This document shows positions 10,956 to 24,399 of a DNA stretch of 64,000 bases, one piece after another. The stretch is taken from contig JAYWIR010000002.1 in assembly GCA_036172245.1 (NCBI GenBank), positions 4,650,001 to 4,714,000 on the forward strand. The letters run 5' to 3'. Positions within the stretch are counted from its first letter, which is position 1. Every line of letters starts with the position of its first letter. The translations under genes were made by a program, and so were the position numbers. The stretch is from Raillietiella orientalis. Its lineage: Eukaryota. A model generated the notes under the pieces. That model was not told the DNA's origin and ran no database searches. It saw only the letters and a list, made by a program, of their open reading frames with translations.

Positions 10956-13067
10956 GGCGGCAAGGGAGGCCTTCGTCGTGGTATAGGTGGGGGCACGTCT
11001 TCGCCTTCTCCTCCTCCTCCCCTCTTCTTATTCTCACTCCGGGGGAGAGACCGCTCCCTCCTCCGGGGTGAAGCTCGGGTAGTGACTGGGAGGAGATGGA
11101 GGAGAAAGGGGGTCTCCTGCGTGCCTCCTCCGCCCTCACCCCAGAGGCAGTGCCTCACACTCCCCGCTGTTCTCTCCAGGGAAGCCCCCCCGAATTCCCG
11201 ATTCGACCCTGACTTCTTTCCCCGCCTTCTCCCCCGGAAGTCCATCCCTCGCTTGCCCACCCCGTGTCCAGAGAGGCCCCACGAACCCCCAACCGCGAGG
11301 GGCAACAGCGGGACGCCGCCCGGACGTGGCAGCGCCAGTCTGAGGGATAGGGCGAGATTTCCCCCTCCTCCTCTTCCTCTTCCCTCCCTGCATTCCCGGC
11401 AATGGAACGCGCCTCCCTCCTCCCGTCTTTCCCCCCCACCCCCGGCTTCCCGGATTCTCTGCCGGGGCTACGGAGGGTCCCGAGCACTCGGGAAGCGGCA
11501 ACTGAGCGGGAGTGGAAAGAGCTTCCCCCCTCCTCTTCCCTGCCCTCCCCAGGGAGGTGAACCCAGCGTCCTTCTCTCCCTCACCTCCTGGTGCCGGATT
11601 CCTGCGGGTCGAGGCGTGATAGGAGAGGTCAGGGGGGGACCTCCTGACCACGCACCTCCCTTCGGGGCGGAGGATCATTGCCGCTCTCCAGCGCGGGTCA
11701 CGCACCACCCGCTTCTACGGGAGGAGCAGGTGGAGGGGTAGGGCGCGGCTTCGGCCCTGCTGGACACCTCCCTCGCGACTCCGGTAGCCTGACCGGGCGT
11801 GCCCTACCTCCTTTTCCCCGCTCCTTCGCGGGAGGGGGAGAGAGGAACGCGCCCTGTCGGGAAGAAGGGGGGAGGAGGGGGTTCGCCCATTCGAATCCCT
11901 CGGAAACGCTTCCAGGCGACCAGCCTCGCAGAAGCGATCCGGGAAAGGGAGGAAGACGCGAAGCAGAAGAAGGGGAGTCTGGAGGGGGTCCCTACGCTAT
12001 CCTTCCCCCGCAAGGTGGAGAGAAGCGATAGAGGGGGCTGGAGGTCCGGAATGCGGGAGCAGAAGGGGAGGGGGAAGGAGGGACGAAACACCCTTCCCAT
12101 CCTTTCGCGTCATGGGCACCGGACCCCGGACATCCCCTTCCGGAGGAGTCGGGTGCTCTTGGCACCAGGAAAGGGCGGTCCTCCTCCCCCCCAGCGGCGG
12201 AGAAGGTCACGAGAAGGCTTTTTTGCCGTGACCACGGGGTCCTTTCGCCCCCCCCCCCCCGCGCCATCCCCGGCAGGAAAGGCATTGTGGGAGGAACGTT
12301 GCCCCTTCTTCCCCGTCGGGCTCGTGCCCCTTCCTCCCCTCGAGTGAGGTGTCGGCGCGTCTCTCCCGCTCCCCTTTCCCCGAGAAAGGGACTACACGGC
12401 TTCTCCTGCAGGCAGTGCCTGGAGGGTCCGAAGAGACTCGCAGCCCCCTCGCTGGATCAGAAGGGGGAGAAAACCCCTTCATGATCCGCTGCTACTCTGA
12501 CCAGCGGAGCTCCTCCCTTCCCGTACCCTCTTCCCCGGAGCCCGCGATGTCCTGGTGGTCGCGAGCCTTCTCCTCGCTGCTTTTCTCGTGATCTTGGTTG
12601 GGGCCTCCTTCCCCCGTCCTTTTCTCCTGGAGACGCCCTTCCGAGCGCGCCGTCGCCATGGAGACCGCGCGCTCCTCGGACGCCTGGAGCCAGAGCCGCA
12701 CCTGCTTCATCCGCTCCGGACCCCTTCAGGATGACCCGACCTCTCCCGGCGCTCGCTCGCCTCGCTGGAGGCGGCCGCGTTTGCGAGGGAGGTGACCGAA
12801 CGGGGAAGGCAGGTCTGGCGGCAGATTTTCGGGGGCGTTCTGCTCCCAGCACCCGCGAGGTCGTTGCGCCTTTCGTGACGCTTCACCCCCCTCCCTTCCT
12901 CGACCATCTGCAGCGCCCGCCGCCCTCCCAGGGGAGGATGCCTCGCGTCCATCACGCAGCGCAGGCGATACGAGGTTCCTCGCTGGCCCTTTGCCCCCGC
13001 CTCACCTTCCCACCGTGCTGGAGCGTCGCTCCCCTCTCTGCCTCCCCACGCGTTCACCCGCGGCTCC

Positions 13068-13375
13068 ACAGCGGGCCGCGGACCCTCTCCAGGGAGAAAA
13101 CAGCGTCCCTTTCCGGAAAAGGTAACCAGGCAACGCGCGACGCGCAGGGAGGGAGGGCGCCCGCTCGCCCCACCTGCTTTTCCGAGAGGGAGGCGGCGGT
13201 ATGGTAGGCAGGGGAAGGGAATCCTGGCGCGATCGGGGAGGGTTCCCAGAGAGCCCGAGGAAGCTACCCGGGAATACTCGAAAGAACGGGGACCGGCAGA
13301 GATGCCTCCTGGGCACGCGCGCGGAAGGTCGCGAGGGTCATCTCGCCGGCTGCCGAAACGAAGAGAGAAGGAAGG
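13068..13375. repeat. Interspersed repeat, copy 2 (direct repeat with 10615-10955)
   Basis: Same collinear blocks as copy 1; diverged with indels. Confidence 0.8.
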
Positions 13376-16300
13376 CCCCCGCCTTCCTTCTCTCTTCGTT
13401 CTTCTCTCTTCTCTCTCTTCTTCTCTCTTCGTCTCTCTTCGAAGAGAGGGAGGGAGGCCCGCGTCGTGGGGGTGCGCCTTCACCTCCTTCTCCTCTCTCC
13501 CTCCCTCCCGAGGAGGTGCGGCACCGTTCACAACTCTTGCGCACGCGTTTGCCGCAGCGCTCCCTGCCAGCTGCTCGCTCGACCTTGTCCCCTGAGCGTG
13601 CCCTTGCACGACGAGTGCACACATGCCGTTCCCGGTGCGCGAGTGCCCGCAAAAAACCTTCGCGCAGGACGCCCGCGCGCGTTCCCTCGGACTGGGGGCG
13701 GAACGCATCGCTGCAAACGGCCGTGGCGTTCACGCATGCGCGAAGGCGGTGCAGCAGCCACGCGGGTGAAGACGCAAAGTGGAGGTGAATGCGCGCGCAC
13801 GCGCTAGGAACGCAAAGTTGGACGTCCGCTCTGTGCTGACACACGTTCGGCAGCACAGCTTTCCTGTGTCGATCCGTGTGTGCCGCACGTGGAATTCTTG
13901 ATCCCATCCGGACACTCCTCCTTTGGACGGATTCCCTTCCGTTTCTTCCCACAGTGCTCCCTCCCTGGCATCAACTCCCGTTATTTATTTGTTTCCCCCT
14001 CCTCCCTCCGCTCTTCAAAGGTCTCCTTCGGATTCTGCGTGTCCTCGTCGGTCGTTGTGGCGCTAACATTGGCCCGGTGTCCCGCCGACGTACGTCAGCG
14101 TCAGCAGGGAATTTAGGCAGACCCCAAGCATGCTCCGGAAACGGGACGCGGAGACCCGTTTCCGGCTCCTTCCCTGCATCCAGCAGCGACCTTCCTCTCC
14201 TCGAACCGCCCCCCTCCCGAAGAGCCCGCTTCCCTTGCTGCGAGGTGTCGAGGCCCGCGGGAGGAGACGCCGTCCGCAGCCGTGGGGCGTCTCCCCTACG
14301 CAGCATCCATCCCACCTCCCTCGAAAGACTCCGTATCTCCCGGCACGAAAGTCCCTTGCTCCGCAGCGAGGAGTTTGCTTCACGCGTCGTCCGGTGCTTC
14401 GAGACGTCCGAAATCGGTACAGCTGACACGCAAGACCGTTGTCATCTTGATGACGTGAGGGCGGTTCGCTTTGGCACATGAGCAATGAAGTGCCCTGCTC
14501 CGCTCTCGGCATCCTTTCGCTCAGCGCGCACGCGGATCACCTCCCACGCAAAAGAGCGGCCGGGCAAACGCCCAGCGGAAGCGGAAGCGAGTGGCGGCGT
14601 GACCGGTCTCCTGGCAACTGGAAGCTGTTTCCGAACCGGGCGCCCACCCTCCCGGTTGCCATCCGTTCAAGCTGTCGTCGCAACCGGGTTGGATGAGGAA
14701 GCAGAGATTTCCTGGTTTTGTGAAGGGGATGCTGAAAAACAACAACAACAACAAAGGACCTGCAAGAAGGATGAGGAGGAGGAGGAGAAGCGAATTCAGA
14801 GGGCGTCTTTGAAACCCTGCGACACTTCGTGTTTTCCTAGACGAGTTCGAAGCTGCCTTTATTTCTTTATGACCTCTTCGGCACGCTGCCTCTTGAAAGG
14901 GGTAAAGGAATCGGGGGATTCATTAACAGTGCCCTCTTCCTTGCGCTTCCAGTGTCAACTCCACGCACTCGTCTTTTCATCTCCGATTTTCCGCTTCTCA
15001 TTGTCTCCTTTGGCACAGTGGAAGATGTTTGCGGAGTAGACGGTCCTGAGATAAAAAAGAAAAACTTCTTGCTCCCGACATCCATCTTACTCAGTTGGAA
15101 GATAAAAAGGGAGGATTCTTGAGCAGATACCTCGGTTAATTATGGAACACTCACGAGCGCTCGCGTGCACCCCTTGAGACATAAATTACACCGTGTGCCG
15201 AGGGACAGCAGTAAACCCCAAGTGTGCCCAGCACCTTCTCGCGTGCACTTCCTGCGTGCACGGAGTGGGAGCGGCGAGGCGAAGGGCAGCGGGTGGGCCT
15301 CCTGCCCCGGAGAGCCCTCTGCCCCAGCCCCGAACCCAGGGGAGCCTCAGAGGCAGCATGCGCGTGTTGCTCCAGGTACACGTCCTTTTCCGGGCTGCTC
15401 GCCTTCCCTGAGCCGCCTCCCTCCCTCGCGACGTCTTATTTGCTTAAGGAGCTTCGGCAAGGCACCGCGTGTGCGTTGCCCGTATCCAGCGGCCGTAACT
15501 TCGGATGCACGGAACACGAAACATTATGCGAACATGGCATAAATCTCGATCTGTGGGCGTCGCGCAGGCGTTTTCAATGCTGAGTAGAACAAAAGACGGG
15601 TAGAACATAAAATCGGATAATAGTTTATTGCTTCGCTTTGTCTACTTGTGTTTATCTCCAGGATCACGACTTTATGACTACTGAGAAGGAGGAAAACAGA
15701 AATTGCACAAAAGTCGAACCGATCAGAAGAGAGAAGAAAGAAAGGAAAAGAAAAAAAAAAAAAAAGGACAAATGGTTCCCCATTCTGCGGGTTTTCGGCC
15801 GGAGGAAAATTCAACCTGTCGTTCCTTTTATAGGCAGATCGGAAACCGAGCGACCGCTCCGGCAGCGTGCGGTTCGGACGGGACGCACGCAAATCGCCTG
15901 TCGGGATTTGACGAATGGGAAAGGGCGTCCGAGGTCGCGCTTCGGGATCGGAAGAGGTGGAAGGACCGCCGTTGTCGGGGTACTGCTCCTGCTCCCGGAT
16001 CGGGCCCGGCGTCGAACGCACCTGCAGGTCGATTCAAGGACAGGGTTGCCAGCTCCTGGCTTTGGATTCCGTTGGACAAAGAGGCAATCCAAATCCAACC
16101 GCCCGAGACGAGGACGGTCATGATGTGCCGGGATTAATTGTTTCGCGAAGAGGAGGAAGACGTTCGTAAATAATTCGCCCGTTTGCGAAACTCGAGGGAG
16201 GAAGCACAAACAACGACAGCCGAAAAAAATCACGTGCGGCGGGCTCGTCCGGCAGGAATAAAGTTTCAATTGAAAATAAATTAAGCTGCAATTAAAACGA

Positions 16301-19099
16301 GAAATGATCGATTCTGAGCATCCTCCCGAGGCAAACAAGTTAAGGAAGAGTTGGAACAAATCGCTTTGTTTTTTCCCCGGGATAATTTACGATGATATCA
16401 AAACATATGTTTGCACTCGCATCTGTCGATTTGTCTGCTATGGCGACGCGCAGTGAATACCAATACCGTATTTCTGAAGATGTGGGGCAGCAACAGCTGG
16501 CGAAGTATCCGCGCGCTTTGTTTTGCTATTTCGTAGTTGTTGGATTGCTGCGAAATCACTGAAGGCCCTTTCCGATGTCCCTTCGTTATTATTGAACAAT
16601 CTTGAACGATAAATGGGCAGGCCATTGCCTGAGGCAATTGGATTTTATTTATTGTTGAGAACTTTCTGAGAATCAGGTGCCTTTTTTTTCTTTTTCTTTT
16701 TTTCCTTTCTTTTTGCATGCGGTTTTGCAAATAGAAGTAACACTTCCTCAAAATTTTCATTTTTTTTATTGGCTTTTGGAGAAGCTTATTTGCTGTCAAG
16801 GGAATATTTGCATCCGTCTGTTTTTCCACCTTTGTCCGTTAGCTTCAAACGATGTCCAGGTATTTACGATCAAATCTGGCATCCCTGGGCAGCGACATTT
16901 TCGGCGCGCACTTTCCGCATCTCAGCCGGTTTCGCATCCGAGCCAAAACGCACGTTTAATGAAATCGACACTTCGCTTACGCAAGCGACAGTCGCAAAAA
17001 CACCTTTCGTTGAGCAATTTTATTGATTTTGCGGGCAAATGTAGGCTCCACTTGTTCGACCTCGATAGCCGAGCTGCCAAACCCCTCAGAAAATATAGTT
17101 CATTTCGTAATGAGCGTCGCCGAGGAAACGTGAATCTGCGTCCCGTGGTGTGGTTTTCTCCCCTTGTGGACGCTGGAAATACCAAGCGACCGAGGCAGCA
17201 GCGGCGTGCGAACTCGGCCGGGAGTACCACACGTCCGATTTTCGCGTTGCGATGGGGGAGCTGGTTTTTTGACCTGCTGAACTTGGAAGTGGAATCCTGC
17301 CCCTACCCACCCACCCTTTCCCCCACCCCCGCCCCACTCCCCCCCCATCGCGTCCTCCGAAATCGTCATTGTTGTCTCCTCGTCTTGCTTTCGGAAGTGC
17401 TTCCTGTCGAGCGATTTCCGAATCCGTTATCATTCGGTGATGTGGCAAGACTGTTAGGCTTTTGTAAGCTCCCCTGGTTCAGAGATGCCACCATCTCCCA
17501 AGACGATCGTCGTCCAGTACATGAGGAAAAGGCGCGCGGAATTTTCCCCTTTGATTAGGCCGATACGGAGCCCCACTTTTTTTTCTTTTTTCATAGTCTT
17601 TTGAGCTCAAACTCCGTTTCCCTGTTTTTGCCACGGTCCGAGTCCCTCACACGATCGCTTCCGTGGTATGGTAGGAGTGCGTGCGTGCGTGCGTACGCCA
17701 CGTACCGCAATTTCGCGCGCACCTGGAGCAGGCTTTCCGCTTCACGTGTGCCGTCGAGGGTTCGCACTTTTTGACAGGAATGAATTTGTCACTTTTAGAA
17801 TTAGCACGTCGGTGTGCATCCGGTGATTATTGCAGGAGATGGCACAAACGTGCGTGCTAAATCGGGAAGCTGAGCTCGTATGTCTTCTTGTCCGGACGGG
17901 CATGCAGATCGATCTGTATCGCAAGGTGGACACCGTAGCTTATGAAACCTTCCGTTCTTCGCGTCTCCCCCCCCCCCCACTCCCTCCCCCCACTCGCTTG
18001 TCACGGAGAAGCACGGGCCCCATGGCGCAACCGGGTGCATCGAATTGTTACTTGAATCAACAAGGAATGTCGATGAGCACTTGCAGTGTGTGTTTGCCGT
18101 CGGTGACGTCTCATCACGACGTCCGGAAAGCGCGCGCGTGGCCTCGCTAGGAAGTTCTGCTTATAGCCGAGAGGAAGGGGGGGGGGAGCTGAGGCACTTT
18201 CCTCTTCCTTTTCTCCTTTCGGACAAGTCAGTCCGGCTGGCGGTGATTTCTCTCTGACGGTCCTCGGTTTCGCGGCGACTTCCCCCGCGCGGTAGTCTTC
18301 CTCCCCTCCAACCCCTTTTTCCGGGCTCGGCCTTCGTCGCCGACAGACACCGTGTGGGGGGTAGGGAAGTTCTCCATCTCCGTCTCGATCCGCTTCTGAC
18401 TGCTTTGGCCGCCTCCGGCAGGCGCGGCCCGCGATTCCGAGGCACTCGGGAACGCCGCAGACGCCCGTGCTTTCCCCTCCTCCCTCCTCCAGCGGCTCGC
18501 GCTTCTTCCGAGACGGAGACACCCAGGGAAAAGGGGGAAAGCTTCCCCCCCCCCCCTTCCTCTCCCCCCACCTTTTTTTTTTTTTTTTCTCTCCCTCCTG
18601 GCGTTCGCTTCCCGGCGGTCGCGTTGTCGGCGTGTGAGAACGGAAAGCGACGTGCTCTAACCTTCGGACACGGCGTCTCCGCTTGCGCGCGCCCCGCGCG
18701 GTTGCTCGCGTTTCGACATCCGTGGCAACGGAGTGGTTGGATCGGCAGATAATGCTCCCAGAGGAGGATTGCCAAACGGGTCCGATAGCTGGAGGGGAAC
18801 CGGCGGCGGCGCAACGCCATCGCCGTCTCCTGTTTCGCCCCGGGAAACCCGGGCGGTGGCGCGCGCTGGGAGTGAACGGAGCCAGCAGGCGCGGCGTTGG
18901 TCTTGGGGGACGCGCCTGCGTTCCCGGAACGGCGTTTCGCCGCGTCGCGTTCCAGTTCGGCCAGCAGGGGAGGGAGGGGGGAGAGGTCATGCCGTGTTCA
19001 TCCAGGCGGCGGCAGCGATTCCCCTCCGGATTCGCGACTCCCAGGGCAGACTCGCCTCTCTTTCTCGGAGAGGCTGACAACCCGGAGGCGGGCGGAAGG

Positions 19100-19433
19100 A
19101 TTGCACGGTTCCTCTCGGCGTCGGAACGGGGACTCCGCGACGCGCGCGCGTCCCGGGGAGCGCGCGGCAGGACAGGCTCGCACGCGAGAGAGAGAGGCAT
19201 TAGGTTTATCCTCCCCCGCTCGCGCTCGCGCTCGGGAGACGCGCGCCAGATCTGTGGAAGCTGATAACGTCGCAAATGATCCCCGTCCTCAAACGATCGT
19301 CTTGCTAACGAGTTCCCGGAATTGCCCGGCTGCGCGACCGCTCGGGGGACGGTCGGCGGCGGCAGCGGTCGGTCGGTCGGTCGATCTCCCCGGAGTCCCG
19401 CGTTCGTGAATCTTCGGAGGACCTCCCTCCCCT

Positions 19434-19504
<71 letters not shown>

Positions 19505-20160
19505 CCCCTCCCCCTCTTTTTTTTTTTTTGCTCTGCGCGCCTGTGTGTTCCCTTTTCGGGAAGGGAAGGAGGCGGTGGGGGGGAATTTCCAATAATTAAA
19601 ATAACTTCAGCGGTGCGGAACTCTCCCTGACAGCACCGCCGCCGCCGCCGCCGCCGCTCTCCGGCCACCGTAGCCTGGAGGGAAGGATGCCCAGCCGAAG
19701 CGCTGCTGGCGCGAGGGAAGCTCCCGGCAGCGTCTCGAGCGGGTTCGCTCGCCTTCGTCCCCTCCCCCCCCCTCCTCACTCCTCCTCACTCCCGGTCGGT
19801 CGCGCGAAACCGCGCGCGATGCCCTCATCTCGCGCGCGTCTCGCTATCTTTTCCGTGCATCGGATGCGGCCGATCCGCAAGTGGCAGCCGTCTCATTATG
19901 AGTTTTATGGCGGCCTTTTGTTTGAGGCCGGCGTGGTCCACCCGGTTCCCCCCCCCCGCGCGCGCACCCGCTCTCCCTCTCTCTCTCTTTCTCTCTCTCT
20001 CTCTTGCGCGCGCGCGCTCGCCGAGAGCCGGGAGAACCTAGCTCGACACGCCGCGTAGCCGATGGTCCCGAGCGGGGAAGATCGTTCGCGCTGGAATGTG
20101 GCCGACGCGCTCCCCGCGCGAACTCTGCCTCCCGTGGGGACCTCGAGGTAACACTTTTAT
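19100..20160. promoter_or_regulatory. CpG-rich, GA/CT-repeat-containing promoter-like island (possible 5' end of the RASSF-like gene)
   Basis: Dense CGCG runs, (GA)n/(CT)n tracts, (GCC)n, TTTATGG homeodomain-type site near 19904 and a possible donor GAG|GTAAC at ~20147. No transcript evidence. Confidence 0.3.
19441..19500. repeat. (TC)30 microsatellite
   Basis: Perfect dinucleotide run read directly. Confidence 0.97.
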
Positions 20161-20294
20161 CACTGTCCGTTTAATGGAAGATCAAAAGTGTGTGGGACGG
20201 CGCCCGGAGGCAATCACAGTCGTCCACGGTCGTTGTAAACCCCCACTGTTTTTGTTTAGAGGTCGGGCACGTCGACTTCTCGCGTGGGTCTGCG

Positions 20295-20955
20295 GGGAAC
20301 CCGGCCCGTGGCGGAGAAAAGAAAGGGGAGGGGGGAGGATGTGGCAGCAGGCATCGCGGGTTCGAATCCCGCCCAGGGAGGGAAGGGTCGAGTCCTCCCT
20401 CCCCTGCAGGACGACCACTGGTTGGCCTGTTCGGGTGCTGCGGCGCTGGTGGAGGCCGGAAACCCTTCCCCCCCCCCCCCGGATGTCCACCGCCCTTGGC
20501 TGGTCTTCATGACTGGAAGGTGACCCTCCGGGATCCTTTCGGGAATCGAGGACCCCTTCGGGTTTCCCCTCCTCCCCCCGATTGCGAAAAGGGAGCCGCC
20601 CTCTCCTCGGGGGGGAGCCCTCCATCTCGTGCCATGGAGCTTTGATGATCCTCTCTGGGGGGTCGCCTCCCCAGGATCTTAAGAAACGCTCTGATTCCTT
20701 CAGGGAGCAGCCCTTCAGAGAAATTGGAGGCGTCCCTTCGGGGTTCTCCCTTCAGAGGAGGAAACAGGGAGCGGATCCTTTCCCGGGGGGTTCCTCCGAA
20801 GAGCCTAGGGAAGAGGGTCCCTTCGTAGACAACCAGGGCAAGAGTTCCCTTCGGATCCCTCTCCCAAGCATAAGAGGAACGGACTCCTTTCTCCGAGGCC
20901 TTCCAGGATTCATGGGGTGGTTTCCTCCCGCGGTGCCCCCTGACTTGAAGGGTGT
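20295..20955 (+). repeat. RepA SINE-like repeat (copy b, uninterrupted, empty target site)
   Basis: B-box GGTTCGAATCC at 20359-20369. Body collinear with the other copies (TGGAAGGTGACCCTC, GGAGCGGATCCTTTCC, AAGAGGAACGGACTCCT, ACTTGAAG). Single GGCGCTGGT site at 20442-20450. Confidence 0.8.
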
Positions 20956-23900
20956 GGGAGGGAAGCGGGGAGAGGGCTCGCTGTCTTGGGCTCTCCCTCG
21001 CTCTCACGGGAAGCCTCTCCCCCTTTCTCCTGTTGGGGGACACAGTCCCCGGCCTCCTGGCGGCGAATGGGCGCGCTTCGCTGGGATCTCCTCGCTTCCG
21101 GGGCTGGAGGAAACGCCGCCTCCGGGATTTCCCACTCTGCGCTCTGGCGGCGGCCAGGAGACGTTAGAAACTTGACCCGCGGCTCTCGCTCGGGCGCGGG
21201 AGAAGCCGCTGCAAAGCTCCACCCCCATCCCCCTCCCTCGTTCCGGTATCGCAGACAACGGACGGGGCCCACCGTCTGCCAGGGTGTTCGACCCGCGGCT
21301 CTGGGAGGAGCGCGTGGTCCGCCCGCGGCACTCCCACTCGGCAGCTGTCCCCTGCGGATCTACCCCCTTCCTCGTCGTCTCCCGGCCGCTCGCTCGCCTT
21401 ACTCGAGGAAAACGCATTGGCTCCGGGGTGCTCGTCCCTCGCAGAGACCCCTCGGGACTCGGTCGCCTCCTTCGGAACATGGTGGCGGGGCTCAAGAGCA
21501 TGGGAGGTTTTCCTCCACGCTGGATCAACCTGGGAAACTGCGTTGCCGTGGGAACCCCTTGCTTCCCCCTCCATTTTTTCACCCCCTCCCGCGAGCACAC
21601 CGCTCCAGCAGCCGTGCCTCCAGCCCCTCTCCCCCCCATCCGGCGCTGCCATCGGCAAGGCGCCCGCGGACTTCGGCAGGAGGGGCGGCGGAGTCCCTCC
21701 GCGCCTTCCCGTGACGTCACCGGACGTCCTGAGAGCCGCAGTCCCGCACCTTCAGGCAGGAGAAAGCGCCCCTGCCTGAGAGTCTGAGATTTCGAGGTCC
21801 ACGTGGTGGCCGTCCACGCCGACCTCCTAGCTGCTTGATCAACGTCCGGCGCCGCGCGCGTAAGCGCACGTGGACGCCACAGCGTTTTTCCTGCTCCAGA
21901 TCTTGGAAGCTACGAGATAAAAAAAGAGAGAGAGGGGGGGGGGCGAAGGGGAGGTCGACTACAAGGACGTTTCCATGGAGGCGGCTGTGAGGGAAGGGGG
22001 TGGCCGCACCGCCCGCTCTCGTCGTGCACTCTTCATCTTGGAGACGAATCTCCTCCAGCAGCAGCCGGCGAGCGCAAGGGAAGTTCCACCGGCTCCGGGA
22101 ACTCCTTCTGAGACCTCCGTACCCCTTAGCACTGAGCTCCGACTCTGCGGGAGGCGGAGGCGGTGGTCGGGAGGCAGCCGCCGCGCCTCCGTGGCGACCT
22201 GCGGGAGGGGTTCCGTTCCAGACGCGAACCTGATCATTCTTCCCCGAGGGCTCTTCTGCATGGGAAGGGGGAAGGGGGACACTTGCAGCTCCGCGACCCA
22301 CGGGGGCCACCGCGTGCTGCCCCCGTGGGTCGCACGCGCTGCCGGGACCCTCTGCTTTCCGTGATCTGCCTCTCGCGCGCGCGAGCGCACTCCGAGAGCG
22401 TCGCTTGCCGAGGTGAACGAACGGCGCGGATCACCGTGGAGCGGGAGATGGACGGTGGGATGACGGATGGGTTCCTCCCCCCCCTCCTCCTCCAGACAGT
22501 CCGTCCGTGGCCGCGCGCGCGGAACTCCGACAGCCCGCGGACCCGGCGGCTGCTCCCGACGTCGCGGTAACATCGCCGGCGGCTACGAGGCAGCGACTCC
22601 CCGCGGGAAGAGCTCGGGGACTCGCGTGAACGGGATCCTCTGGGGAAGGCGCGGCGGTGGTCATTCGGTTTCCCCGGGAACAGATGACCGCCGCCCCTGC
22701 CTCCGTCCGCACCCGGGGGGATTGGATGAGGCGAGGAAACCCCTCAGGCGTGTTTCTGCGCTCGCGCACCGCTGAGGGCGGAGACGCTCCGTCGCCTAGC
22801 GACGAAGAATGCGGCGCGTCTCCCGCTCGGCCCCTCTCGATCCTGTCTCCAGGCGAACTGAACCGAGCGAGGGTTTTGTTTGTTCGCCTCCTCCCCGTCT
22901 TCCCTCCTCCTCCTCCTCCCGCTCTTGCTCCTCCCTTCCCCGCCCCTTCCCGAAGGGGGTGGGTGGAGGGAACTCTGAGAAAATCTCGCCGTCGCATTCT
23001 GTGAGAAACGGGGGGAAGCCTTGGACTCGACCCCTCTGCAATTAGCTTCTCCTTGCGGGGGAGGAGGAGAAGAAGGAAGTGCCGTCAGCAAGGACTGCAC
23101 CCTCTCTCGTCCGGAAGACCCCGGGGAACCGTCACAGGGGAGGAGACGCGGGTGGAGGGGGAGGAGCGGGCGATGGCATGGCGCGAACGAACCCTGCGAG
23201 GGAGGCAAAAAGAACCCCACCGGATGGGCGGCGACGCGCGGGCGCCCTGAGCACCTTCTCCTTCCCGAACGTGTGGGGAGTCTGAACCGGGTGAGAAGCG
23301 CCGCCCGTGGGGAGGGCACGCCGCCGTTCTTGCGTTGCTCTTCCTCCCCCGGCCCTCGCCCCCTTTCATTCTGTCTTCCTCTCCTTCCTCCCTTTCTCCT
23401 CTTCCTTTCTTCCCTTCCTCTTTTTCAGAGAGAGGAAGCACCCGCAGGCGCTGTCGCCGGGAGAGGGCGAGCCCCCGGAGCTCTTCCCAGCGCTCCGAGG
23501 AGCCTTTCCTTCTTTCCCAGCGCTCGCCTCCTCCCCGCACCCTCCCATCCTCCGCACTCGGTCCCGAAGGTCCGTCTAGAGCTCGTGGGTCCGGGAAGCG
23601 TATCCCTGGCAACGGGACGCCGCACCGCTCTCGGTTCGCCTGCGGGAGGCAGGTAGGGGATCGCCGCTCCAGAGGAGGCGGAGGAAAGGGTCGCCGGGAA
23701 ACGCCCTCCCTCCTTCCCGGAGCATCCCGCAGCCACATCGAGTGTTCCCCCCAGGCAAAGGCTCTGAAGCCCTACCTGCCAGACCACTCCGGGTCTGTGT
23801 CGAGGGCCGCCAGGTGTCGCTTCCGTCCCCCCCCCTCCAAGGAAAGGAGGACCCGTTCTGCTTCAGCCAGGGGCCGCCGCCGCCCCTTTCCCGATTTTCC

Positions 23901-24399
23901 CAGCTTCGTGATCCCCCGGAGACGTTCCCCTCGCCCCAGGTCGACTGGCAGAATGAGGCTGCAAATAGTAGTCTTCGGGGAGGGAGGGGGAAGGGTGGTG
24001 GCTATCGGGGATGGCTTAGCAGCAGACAGTGGGAGGTCCCGAGCCTCTCGCGCCCTCAAGGACAGGAGGGCCAGCCCAGTGTTCCTCCCCCCACGCTTGC
24101 CACCACCACCATTCCTGGGTCCCGGAGTTCAAGCTTCACCGTTCCGGCTCTCCTCTCTGGAAGAAGGGGTAGGAGTGAGGGTGAAGAGGGGCGGAGGAGG
24201 GAAACGTCTTCCCCCAATCCCCACGGTGGCCGTGCAGCCAACTTCTGAGGCCGCGCCCTTCCCTCCGCGTGCTGAGTGAATGGGGAAGGGTGCGGTGGGG
24301 TGGGATGGAAGGCACGTGAGAGGAAGGCGCGGCGGCGGACTCGGGGACGCCGCAGCTCCAGATGCCTTCCCCTTCCTCCCGCTCCTTGGCAGCTCTCGC

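Noticed and set aside
18001-19275. 424-aa minus-strand ORF
   Set aside because: Runs through homopolymers, has low complexity and no recognisable domain.
20300-20378. tRNA gene
   Set aside because: The B-box is good but no cloverleaf could be built, and it continues into the RepA body.
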